Part shown: positions 24,010 through 35,700 of the stretch, one piece after another
Position numbering within the stretch: position 1 is the stretch's first letter
Layout of the letters: each line of letters starts with the position of its first letter
Assembly (NCBI GenBank): GCA_032718475.1
Contig: JAUCBJ010009041.1
Location: 84,124-148,123, forward strand
DNA length: 64,000 nt
Source of the DNA: Nemertoderma westbladi
Taxonomy: Eukaryota > Animalia > Xenacoelomorpha
Direction of reading: 5' to 3'
Notes under the pieces: model-generated
The model's input: only the letters and a program-made list of their open reading frames with translations
What the model was told of the DNA's origin: nothing
The model's database searches: none
Program-made: the position numbers and the translations under genes

Positions 24010-24190
24010 CAGGTTCATTAATTGTACCCCTACGCTAAGGCTCACCTTACTTCGTGGCTCGCACCACAGGTTCATTAATGGTACCCCTGCACTAAGGCTC
24101 ACCTTATTTTGTGACTCGCCCCAAAGTCACTCCGATTGAGTTAGTGGTATCCGTATGCTAAACTCGCTTACTTTCGTGGCTCAAACCACA
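24010..24190. repeat. ~57-bp tandem repeat, about 3 copies
   Basis: caggttcattaat.gtacccct...ctaaggctcacctta.tt.gtg.ctcgc is repeated, with a more diverged third copy. Confidence 0.7.
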
Positions 24191-25197
24191 TAGGAGGTAA
24201 TGGTGCCAGACTAATAAGCCAGCTTGCTTATTGTTTATCTCGCAGAATGATTGGCTGAGTATTTAATCGTGATTCTTCTTAATAATTAGCTAAATAATTT
24301 CGTTGAGGTGTTGGTTGACATGAAAAAATTAATATTTCAGAATCAATACTATTGGCATAAAGTAGGTTTTAGTATTACTTACAATTAATGTCGCCTCCAC
24401 GCCTAAAATATATTTAATCTATTTAAATTAAAACACTAATTTCCTGTTAATACCTCTGCCTTGCATCAATCGTCTGCGCGCCTTTGGGATGCGGTTGTGC
24501 AGATTAAGAGGGCGGTTGAAGGGGGAACTTTCCCCTCTACTTTAATTATTGGCATCCCTAAATTTTAATCTGTATCACATAACTGAGCCTCGTGCTGCGC
24601 GAAGGCCCCATGAACATATTACGGTAGTATAATGATGCAAGTACTACACAATACTACAGGACTGGAATACTGCCTGATCCAACTGCGCTAGCGAAAACCA
24701 TTCAGTTCCCGGTTTGCGTTTAATTTTCGGTATTATAATAATAACTCTAGGGTGGGGAATATCGCGTCGGCAATCTTACAGTAATAAATAATGTCAAATT
24801 CATATATTCATATATATGTATACGAATATGTAATTAAATATTGTTTGGAATTAAACATTATTTATTAATGTTATTTTTTTCTTCTTATTTTAATATAAAC
24901 TCAAAACCAAATTTAATACATTCTGAACGTATATGGAGATAATAAAGATATAAAATATCGAATCAAAAGATGACAATAATTACCATAAAGTTTACGGTAC
25001 AAAGTTTATATATTTATTAATGTTGCTCATTATTATTGTTAATTGCTATATACTGTACTTATATTTTGAATTATTTATATAAACGCTGGATAGAAGACAA
25101 ACCTGTATTATTGTTCAAGGCAGAGACAATATTATTGTACATATTAATTCGGTATTTAGGTAGCCGGTAAACTTTTGTTAACAATTCCGGCGTGGCG

Positions 25198-26562
25198 ATG
25201 ATGAGCAGGAAAAATAACGAAAGTTTCCTCCGCTCTACTCGAGTCGGCAATATTGACAAAGTTATTGAATTTTTGAACAACGGAATTGACATAAATACAT
25301 GCAATGAGAATGGTCTGAGTGCCCTTCACATCGCCTCTATAAAGGGACATAACCACGTTGTAAACGAGTTGATTAATCGCAACGCGAGTATCAACTTGAC
25401 GACCAGGAAAGGCAACACAGCTCTTCATGTCTCCTCAATAGCAGGGCATCATTCAATAGTTAAAGCGCTGGTGAACGCGAATGCCAATGTGAATATTCAG
25501 ACGCTGAAAGGGTTCACCCCATTGTACATGGCGGCTCAGGAGAACCACAGTTCAGTGGTTCAGTTATTACTGCAGCACAACGCTAGTCAGACTATTGCAA
25601 CCACAGACGGGTTCACGCCTTTAGCAGTGGCGCTTCAGGAAGGACACCACAATATTGTGGCTGTTCTACTAGAGAATGACACACGGGGTAAACTAAAGTT
25701 GCCCGCATTACATGTGGCGGCTCGTAGAAATCACAGCAAGGCGGCGGAGTTGCTTCTTGTAAACGGACACGATCCAAACCTCACGTACAAGGGTGGCGTT
25801 ACTCCGCTTCACGTTGCAGCTCATTATGGTAACGCGAGCGTGGGTTTGTTGCTACAGCAACACGGCGCAAACGTAGATTGCATCGATCGCAATGGAATTA
25901 CACCGCTACACGTTGCCGGAAAGATGGGTCGTATAGCCATGGTAACACTCCTTCTAGATAAAGGCGCTTCTATAGAGTTGGCAACCAAGGATGGTCTGTC
26001 TCCCTTACATTGTGCCGCTCGGACTGGCCAAGATACTGTTGTAGATCTCCTATTGGATAGTCGGTGTAGAATAGCCCCGAAGACAAAGAACAGACTAACC
26101 CCATTACACATGGCAGCTCAAGGGGACCACGTTGTCTCAGCTAGACTTCTTCTGCACCACAAGGCGCCAGTAGATGACGTGACCGCCGAATATCTAACTC
26201 CTTTACACGTGTCGGCCTACTGCGGGAGCCTTAGGGTCGCCAAGTTACTCCTCGAACACGGAGCGACGCCTGATCCGCGTACGATGAACGGGTATACGCC
26301 ACTCCACATAGCCTGCGAGAAGAATAGCATTCAGGTTATTGAGTTGTTGCTACGATACGGTTCAAACATCATGCTATCCACGTCGTCTGGTTGGTCGGCG
26401 CTACACTTGGCTTGTTTTATGGGTCACGACGATGTGATTAAAGTTCTATTGGAGAACAAAGCGGATATCAAGCATATGAACGACCTCGGAGAGACACCGT
26501 TAGATCTGGCACGGCACGCAACCGCAGTGGAGTTATTGTTAGACAACGGAGCCAATCCTTAG
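25198..26562 (+). CDS. Intronless truncated canonical-ankyrin (ANK1/2/3-type) copy, about 14 ankyrin repeats only, about 454 aa
   Basis: [62 protein letters not shown] and [16 protein letters not shown] match the canonical ankyrin membrane-binding domain. Stop at 26560-26562 and AATAAA at about 26640. Confidence 0.88.
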   Translation: MMSRKNNESFLRSTRVGNIDKVIEFLNNGIDINTCNENGLSALHIASIKGHNHVVNELINRNASINLTTRKGNTALHVSSIAGHHSIVKALVNANANVNIQTLKGFTPLYMAAQENHSSVVQLLLQHNASQTIATTDGFTPLAVALQEGHHNIVAVLLENDTRGKLKLPALHVAARRNHSKAAELLLVNGHDPNLTYKGGVTPLHVAAHYGNASVGLLLQQHGANVDCIDRNGITPLHVAGKMGRIAMVTLLLDKGASIELATKDGLSPLHCAARTGQDTVVDLLLDSRCRIAPKTKNRLTPLHMAAQGDHVVSARLLLHHKAPVDDVTAEYLTPLHVSAYCGSLRVAKLLLEHGATPDPRTMNGYTPLHIACEKNSIQVIELLLRYGSNIMLSTSSGWSALHLACFMGHDDVIKVLLENKADIKHMNDLGETPLDLARHATAVELLLDNGANP

Positions 26563-27261
26563 ATGGAAGAATTTTAAAACTCGCGGGTCAATTTATTGTT
26601 CGATTTGCCCATACCGCGTTGTACTCAAATAGGTCTATAAATAAATAAGTGTAATTCTAGTTGCCAAAGCCCTCAATCCCATAACGAATAAAGTTCATAA
26701 TGATGTAAGGTTATTTCTATACCGGCAACCTCGGTAGACTAGGGGGACTACGGGTTACTACGGTAGTACACTACCAGGATACGGACCATGATACATCATG
26801 ATGATGGGGGGGGGGGGGGGGGGGGTCATATTTTTCTACAAATCTTTATCATATTGCTTGAAATTTGAAACACAATTAGTTCAACTCACCGTCGAGTACC
26901 CCATAAAGCCGTAATTTTCGACTTTGCCTTTACATTTTTATTAGCGTTTTATAAGTGTCTATTTTGTGAAATCGCACCGCACCCTCCGTATCGTGGCCGT
27001 TCTTCTTCACATTTGCATCGCTTTGTACTGTACATATCGTTGGTAAGCTTGCGTTACAATAAAAATTGAAATATTGTAACATGATGGGCAATAAACAGAG
27101 AAAATTCAGTTGAGTTAATTTGAGGCGTGAAAGGCAAGAGATGGGCACTGGGGGCAGCTGAGCGCGTGGTATCGGTCGCAAATTGAGTTACAGTATCGGC
27201 AGTACCATTCGGGGAGAGCGTGTGAAACGGGGTTGAGTTTTTGCAGACGAGGTGGTGGAAA

Positions 27262-27735
27262 CCGTGTGAGCTGCACCGTGTGGGTCGCACCGTGTGGGTC
27301 GTACCGTGTGGGTCGCACCGTGTCGGTCGCACCGTGTGGGTCGCACCGTGTCGGTCGCACCGTGTGGGTCGCACCGTGTGGGTCGCACCGTGTGGGTCGC
27401 ACCGTGTGAGTCGCACCGTGTGGGTCGCACCGTGTGGGTTGCACGTGTGGGTCGCACCGTGTGGGTCGCACCGTGTGGGTCGCACCGTGTGGGTCGCACC
27501 GTGTGGGTCACACCGTGTGGGTCGCACCGTGTGGGTGCACCGTGTGGGTCGCACCGTGTGGGTCGCACCGTGTGGGTCGCACCGTGTGGGTCGCACGTGT
27601 GGGTCGCACCGTGTGGGTCGCACCGTGTGGGTCGCACCGTGTGGGTCGCACGTGTGGGTCGCACCGTGTGGGTCGCACCGTGTGGGTCGCACCGTGTGGG
27701 TCGCACCGTGTGGGTCGCACCGTGTGGGTCGCACG
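27262..27735. repeat. 14-bp minisatellite (ccgtgtgggtcgca)n, about 33 copies
   Basis: Directly visible; explains the ORFs at 27054-27805. Confidence 0.97.
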
Positions 27736-28133
27736 CGTAATGTGGTGGCGGTTGCGTTGGCATTTAACTCACCATGGAAACATTTTTAAAGCGCTTATAA
27801 AATAATTTCAAGACAAAATCTAAAATTCCGACATTATTGTATTTTTTTCATTGTTATAAATTTTGTCATTTTTTATCTGGTCTATTGTTGTTCCACAAAT
27901 TTATTTATTTTCATATTAATACTTTACTTCTCGAATTCATGTAATTTTCAATTTGCAAATGTTAACTTATTTTTAACATTAATTGAAATTTATTATATTA
28001 ATATTATTATATTTTTGAGTTATTAATTCCTGCCTCACACACATCTTTATTATTCGTGATAGTTTTGGAAACTCATCAAATATAATATCACCTGTTTAGT
28101 TTTCTGGCTGATTAGTCACAATATTGATAGGAA

Positions 28134-29281
28134 CTGTGACTGTGTCTGTGTCTGTGACTGTGTCTGTGTCTGGGTGTGTGTGTGTGTGTGTGTGTGTGTG
28201 TCTGTGTCTGTGTGTGTGTACGTGTCTGTGTCTGTGTCTGTGACTGTGTCTGTGTCTGTGTCTGGGTACGTGTCTGTGTCTGTGACTGTGTCTGTGTCTG
28301 TGTCTGGGGGTGTGTGTGCGTGTGTGTGTGTGTCTGTGTCTGTGTCTGTGTCTGTGTCTGTGACTGTGTCTGTGTCTGTGTCTGTGTACGTGTCTGTGAC
28401 TGTGTCTGTGTCTGTGTCTGTGTCTGGGTACGTGTCTGTGTCTGTGACTGTGTCTGTGTACGTGTCTGTGTCTGTGACTGTGTCTGTGTCTGTGACTGTG
28501 TCTGTGTCTGTGTCTGGGTACGTGTCTGTGTCTGTGACTGTGTCTGTGTCTGGGGGTGTGTGTGTGTGTGTGTGTGTGTCTGTGTCTGTGTCTGTGTCTG
28601 TGTACGTGTCTGTGTCTGTGACTGTGTCTGTGTCTGTGACTGTGTCTGTGTCTGTGTCTGGGTACGTGTCTGTGTCTGTGACTGTGTCTGTGTCTGGGGG
28701 TGTGTGTGTGTGTGTGTGTGTGTCTGTGTCTGTGTCTGTGTCTGTGTCTGTGTACGTGTCTGTGTCTGTGACTGTGTCTGTGTCTGTGACTGTGTCTGTG
28801 TCTGTGTCTGGGTACGTGTCTGTGTCTGTGACTGTGTCTGTGTCTGTGTCTGGGGGTGTGTGTGTGTGTGTGTGTGTGTCTGTGTCTGTGTCTGTGTGTG
28901 TGACTGTGTCTGTGTCTGTGTCTGTGTACGTGTCTGTGACTGTGTCTGTGTCTGTGTCTGGGTACGTGTCTGTGTCTGTGACTGTGTCTGTGTCTGGGGG
29001 TGTGTGTGTGTGTGTGTGTGTGTCTGTGTCTGTGTCTGTGACTGTGTCTGTGTCTGTGTCTGTGTCTGTGTACGTGTCTGTGACTGTGTCTGTGTCTGGG
29101 GGTGTGTGTGTGTGTGTGTGTGTGTCTGTGTCTGTGTCTGTGTCTGTGTCTGTGTCTGTGTGTGTCTGTGTGTGTCTGTGTCTGTGTCTGTGTCTGTGTC
29201 TGTGACTGTGTCTGTGTCTGTGTCTGTGTCTGTGTCTGTGACTGTGTCTGTGTCTGTGTCTGTGTCTGTGACTGTGTCTGG
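28134..29281. repeat. Compound (GTGTCT)n/(GT)n microsatellite with higher-order blocks
   Basis: gtgtct hexamers interspersed with gtgact, gtacgt and ggggg(tg)n in recurring blocks of about 115-170 bp. Confidence 0.97.
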
Positions 29282-30301
29282 TAAACTTTGTTAGTATCAA
29301 TCCGGTCCTTCCCAACTTCCAAACGATCAGCTGATGTGATGATACATTTTTTATTTTACTTTAGAAATTGCCCCAAGAAATGGACATAAAAATGGGTAAG
29401 TTGACAGCACGCTATTCCTCTGAGGATTAATTTCGTTCCTGGGCCGGTAAAACAATAAAAACTCTAAGTGAACTACAAAATATGGGTTGCAAAAACTATG
29501 ACATAATTTAATTAAAGAAAGCGTTTAATTATACATTGTATAATAAGTAAGGTAGTGTCTACATTTTGAGTCAATAGAGTCGAAACAGAGACTTGTCCCG
29601 GATCTCTGGAATCTCCGTGCAATTTATTGGTCTCTAAACACCTACATACATTTTACCTAGAGATCAGTGATTTATTCCAATTTTTTAATAATATATTATC
29701 TTGTACAACATCATAATATTCAAAGTTAAATTTACTATATTAAATAATTTGCTAATTTTTAACTATTTATAATATTCTGCTTCAGCAAAATTCTTTACTT
29801 TTACATAATTACTGTATTATTAAAGCACCTTGTTGTCGGCTATATACTGTATTACGTTGACCAAATGAAGAGAACGAGCGTAACGAAGTTTCTAATGAGG
29901 GAGTGTACTACAACTGTGCATGACGTAAATGACCAACATTTATACATATAGGCCACTATAGGGTAATAGGGATGGATGGATCTACATGTGGTATTTTGTT
30001 CAATTGGGTAAGTTTGAATAGGTTGGAATTACATGTCCGTATGTAGGCCTACGTACCTATTTGTATTTATAATCAATTGTAATGGCAAAAACCAGCAAAG
30101 TCTCTGGTCTCTGGTATTTAAAAAAAAAATATTATCTAAATTAATTATTGAAAAATATGTCTCTGTTTCAATTCTAGTCACTACGTTACGATAAATAAGT
30201 TAGGGTTACTAATAATTAATATAAATCCAAACAAATATATATTAATGTTCAATAAAATATATAGTTTTGAAAGTTAAATTTTCTTTTGGTTTAAGTTCGT
30301 A

Positions 30302-32759
30302 CTAGTCAAAGTGCCTAGGAATATGACCGGCATCCAAATTAACTGCGTTCGACCATGCAGGATTCATACTGCCGTCTAATTCTCCAGTAGGTCTGTTACC
30401 ATCAGCCAATCGATAACTACTTCCACCAATTGTACTTTTGCAATCAGGACAAATCCCTTCTTGATTTGCTCCTCCACACTCACCAATAGCATAATAATGG
30501 CCGTTGGGGCATTTGAACCAATGACCTTTGGGCAAATTCATTGCCTTTACTATATCCTTCTTTTCATTCTCACTCAGAGAAGTTCCCGTTAAATAAGGGT
30601 ATTTCTTGAGAAGGATTTTAAGGTAATCTTGATGGGTCGCAAGTTGAGATTCTTCTATAGGTTGACGGGAAAGTAAAAGAACCTTTATATTTACTACTTT
30701 TGTCATTTCTTCGCTGGTCAATTTCGATTTTATATTATCCATAGACGATACCACGAGTAAGGTAATAAAATAGAGACGCAATCGAGCGATGCAGAGTTGA
30801 AAATCCGAGTAAAACTGAGGCGTTATTTTACACGATGAAGAAAGTAGAGAATTCGACAGCAAAATCATATCGGGAAGAAATCCAATCTTTATGATAGAAG
30901 TCGGGGTTAAATTGGAAACGGATCCATTAGAACTAAGAGTAGAAATCTCAAGTATTAGCTCTACTAGCTTGCCAATTAACTGGAAATAATGCAGTTGATA
31001 TGTCAAAGATAATATGTCTCTCCCATACACGAATGCTTTTGTGGCATCTTTGCATCTATAGGAAATTTTACTTAAAGAAGGTGTTAGACCACATTTTTCC
31101 AAGAAAATACTTTTAAGGGTTGATTGAATACCCTTTCTGCCACTGCCATCCTCCACAGGAAACAGCTTCTTGTTGGCATTCTTAATGCTGTTTGTAACAT
31201 CAACAATTTTTCCTTTAATTTCCAGCAACTCTTTCTCCGATCCAATAAGCTTACTCTTAATAGCATTCACATCTGACATCACCTGTTTGATTTTGTTCGA
31301 ATAACGAGGACATTTTTGTATCGGAGTTTTGCATGAAGGACATTCCTTAAACTTAATAGCCACCTTTCCTTCATCATCTTCCATTGATGTAGACATCCAC
31401 TGGTCTAAAGAATTTGTCTCTATTGGGTGACCACAATCCAGCAAAACAAATGTAGCACCCTCGTCATCTTCGGTTCCAAAAATAAACGGAAATTTATCCT
31501 TTGAACATTTGTAGCAGGGAGGGCACTGTAAGCCACACAACCCAACGCATTGGTGGTAACATGTTAACATTTTATCACAACGTTTTTGGCATTGTTCTCT
31601 GTCACACAATTCATGGCAAAGCTTTTCGCACTTGCCAATGTGCCGGCATTTCAATGGACATGGTTCACAACAAGGGATGCATGGATCCATACACAACTTT
31701 TTGCATTTACTATGCATGCATTGAGTCTTGCAAGGCATCTTACAAGGAGGGCACTCTGAAGCACAGTTATCTTTACAGCTGTGTCCACAAATAAGGATAC
31801 GACCACATTTTGATGTACAAAGCGCATGCAGCTTCCCCTGTATACATTTACTACATGTTCCACTACAAGAATGTCCACAGCTAAGAGACACACGACAGGG
31901 TTCTTGGCACTGAACTTGCCCGTTATCTTTGTGACATTCTATAGTATTAGTATGGCCACAGCTCAATGTGCCTGTAACATTTTCACAACATTTTGCTCTT
32001 CTACAGGGCTCAAAACAGGGTAGTTTACAGCTGTGCCCACACCCAAGTTTCTTTCCACAAACAGCTTGACATTGAACATTGCGAATATTCGCACCGCATT
32101 GAACTATAAGTGTGTGGTTACAATTTTGGCTCTTAACTTCTAAAAGCTCATCACAGTAACATTGCTGGAAGCACCTCCTTTTACATGGATGATTCCCACT
32201 GCATTTATTAGAACAAGGTTTCTTACATTCATATAACTCATGGTTTACATCAGTTGAATGACAAGCTTTGTCGCATCTGTGTCCGCAATCTAATCTGAAA
32301 TCACACGGCTTTGTACAGCCACCTTCTGGGCTATATTGCGCGAATTTATAACAATCACTGATTAGCTGAGATGTTGCTGGGTGATTGTGACATTGGATCG
32401 TGACACCGGGACCAATGCAATCCTTGTCACGAACATCAGCTATTATCTTTTTCCATAAATCACTTTGACTATAAAGTTTGAAATTCCCGATGCAAAAGAA
32501 TCCGTACTTAGCGCGACTTAAAGCAACACAAGTCCGGTTTGGTGACGCTATAAATCCCATTTTATTCTGAGGTGAGCTACGGACTAAGCTTAAAATGATG
32601 ATATCATTTTCTTCTCCTTGAAAGTTATCAACAGCTGTGCAACGAATACCACTAAATATCGGGTCATTCTTCAGAAACTTCTTGATTTCTAACAGTTGGC
32701 CAGTGTATGTCGTCAACAGAGTAATGTTGTTCGTCGTATAATTCTGCTTCAGTAAGTAT
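30302..32759 (-). CDS. ZNFX1: ZNFX1 exon 9 (helicase C-terminus, NFX1 fingers, RING-like region, RZ finger)
   Basis: Acceptor ttttcag|ATACTTACTG; contains the 804-aa ORF 30302-32716. Confidence 0.93.
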
Positions 32760-35700
32760 CTGAAAATAAATTACATTTCGAAAGTTACGTAACATAAAAT
32801 ATACAATGTAGCAGTTTGTGACAAAGGAAATTATAATTAAGAAATGATAATTAGAACTGTTTTAGAGCTCCGGCTATTGAAAACTAATAGTAGTAATATT
32901 AAATAATATTATTGCTCAATGTATGTGGGACGAGTTATAGAGTCGTTGTTCATATGGCCGTTGGGGTGGGGATGTGTGCGTGGGTTAGAAGCCATAATGT
33001 TTGTCATAATGTGCCTTCTGACTCAGATACAGACATGCGGCAATTTGCAGAGCGGGGGCGGCCCCTGTATGATTGTAGCTGTTCATTGGTGGATTGCAGT
33101 TCTGACCAGACTTCTTCAAAGCAAAGTGCAGTATAGTGGGAAAATTGAAGAGTTTTCAACAAAGAAAACAGAAAAACAGACATCTGGCTGTTATTATTAT
33201 TAATCATATTATAAGCAGCAGCATGGTCTAGTGGTGACATTCCTTGGTTACCAATTAGGAAGTCCTGGTTCGATCCCTATATGGGGCAACACTGTTTGGG
33301 CACAGTGCTTTAAATGCTGCAACCTAGCCCAACCCTGTCTGGCTTTCATCCTTCAGTGGTCGATAAATGGGGACCAAGGCAACTTGGGAAATTGAGTGGA
33401 AGGGTTTACTGTGGAAGATCACCCATGGTGGTGAACAGGTATTCCTTTAGGAAACAGAGTGGAAGGGTTTACTGTGGAAGATAACCCATGGTGGTGAACA
33501 GGCATTCCTTTGGGAAACAGAGTGGAAGGGTTTACTGTGGAAGATCACCCGTGGTGGTGAAAAGGCATTCCTTTAGGAAACAGAGTGGAAGGGTTTACTG
33601 TGGAAGATCAACCATGGTGGTGAACAGGCATTCCTTTAGGAAACAGAGTGGAAGGGTTTACTGTGGAAGATCGACCATGGTGGTGGAGAGGCATTCCTTT
33701 AGGAAACAGAGTGGAAGGGTTTACTGTGGAGGATCACCCATGGTGGTGAACAGGCATTCCTTTAGAAAACAGAGTGGAAGGGTTTACTGTGGAAGATCAC
33801 CCATGGTGGTGAACAGGCATTCCTTTAGGAAACAGAGTGGAAGGGTTTACTGTGTAAGATCACCCATGGTTGTAAACAGACATTCCTTTAGGAAACAGAG
33901 TGGAAGGGTTTACTGTGGAAGATCACCCATGGTGGTGAACAGGCATTCCTTTAGGAAACAGAGTGGAAGGGTTTACTGTGGAAGATCACCCATGGTGGTA
34001 AACAGACATTCCTTTAGGAAACAGAGTGGAAAGGTTTACTGTGGAAAATCACCCATGGTGGTGAACAGGCATTCCTTTAGGAAACAGAGTGGTAGGGTTT
34101 ACTGTGGAAGATCACCCATGGTGGTGAACAGGCATTCCTTTAGGAAACAGAGTGAAAGGGTTTACTGTGGAAGATCACCCATGGTGTCGAACAGGCATTC
34201 CTTTAGGAAACAGAGTTGAAGGGTTATTGTGGAAGATCACCCATGGTGGTGAACAGGCATTCCTTTAGGAAACAGAGTGGAAGGGTTTACTGTGGAAGAT
34301 CACCCATGGTGGTGAACAGGCATTCCTTTAGGAAACAGAGTGGAAGGGTTTACTGTGGAAGATCACCCATGGTGGTGAACAGGCATTCCTTTAGGAAACA
34401 GAGTGGAAGTGTTTACTGTGGAAGATCACCCATGGTGGTGAACAGGCATTCCTTTAGGAAACAGAGTGGAAGGGTTTACTGTGGAAGATCACCCATGGTG
34501 GTGAACAGGCATTAATTTAGGAAACAGAGTGGATTGGTTTACTGTGGAAGATCACCCATGGTGGTGAACAGGCATTCCATTAGGAAACAGAGTTGAAGGG
34601 TTTACTGTGGAAGATCACCCATGGTGGTGAACAGGCATTCCTTTAGGAAACAGAGTGGAAGGGTTTACTGTGGAAGATCACCCATGGTGGTGAACAGGCA
34701 TTCATTTAGGAAACAGAGTGGATTGGTTTACTGTGGAAGATCACCCATGGTGGTGAACAGGCATTCCTTTAGGAAACAAAGTTGAAGGGTTTACTGTGGA
34801 AGATCACCCATGGTGGTAAACAGACATTCCTTTAGGAAACAGAGTGGAATGGTTTACTGTGGAAGATCACCCATGGTGGTGAACAGGCATTCCTTTAGGA
34901 AACAGAGTGGAGGGGTTTACTGTGGAAGATCACCCATGGTGGTGAACAGGCATTCCTTTAGGAAACAGAGTGGAAGGGTTTACTGTGGAAGATCACCCAT
35001 GGTGGTGAACAGGCATTCCTTTAGGAAACAGAGTGGAATGGTTTACTGTGGAAGATCACCCATGGTGGTGAACAGGCATTCATTTAGGAAACAGAGTGGA
35101 TTGGTTTACTGTGGAAGATCACCCATGGTGGTGAACAGGTATTCCATTAGGAAACAGAGTTGAAGGGTTTACTGTGGAAGAAGACCCATGGTGGTGAACA
35201 GGCATTCCTTTAGGAAACAGAGTGGATTGGTTTACTGTGGAAGATCACCCATGGTGGTGAACAGGCATTCATTTAGGAAACAGAGTGGATTGGTTTACTG
35301 TGGAAGATCACCCAGTGGTGGTGAACAGGTCATTCCTTTAGGAAACAGAGTGGAAGGGTTTACTGTGGAAGATCACCCATGGTGGTGAACAGGCATTCCT
35401 TTAGGAAACAGAGTGGATGGGTTTACTGTGGAAGACCACCCATGGTGGTGAACAGGCATTCCTTTAGGAAACAGAGTTGAAGGGTTTACTGTGGAAGATC
35501 ACCCATGGTGGGTGGTGAACAGTCATTCCTTTAGGAAACAGAGTGGGAGGGTTTACTGTTGAAGATCACCCATGGTGGTGAACAGACATTCCTTTAGGAA
35601 ACAGAGTAGATGGGTTTACTGTGGAAGATCACCCATGGTGGTGAACAGGCATTCCTTTAGGAAACAGAGTTGAAGGGTTTACTGTGGACGATCACCCATG

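Noticed and set aside
27054-29322. Long ORFs with PTRCDPHGATH, HRHRH, TDTD, VSVS and CVCV repeats
   Set aside because: Translations of the 14-bp and GTGTCT repeats, open in several frames on both strands.
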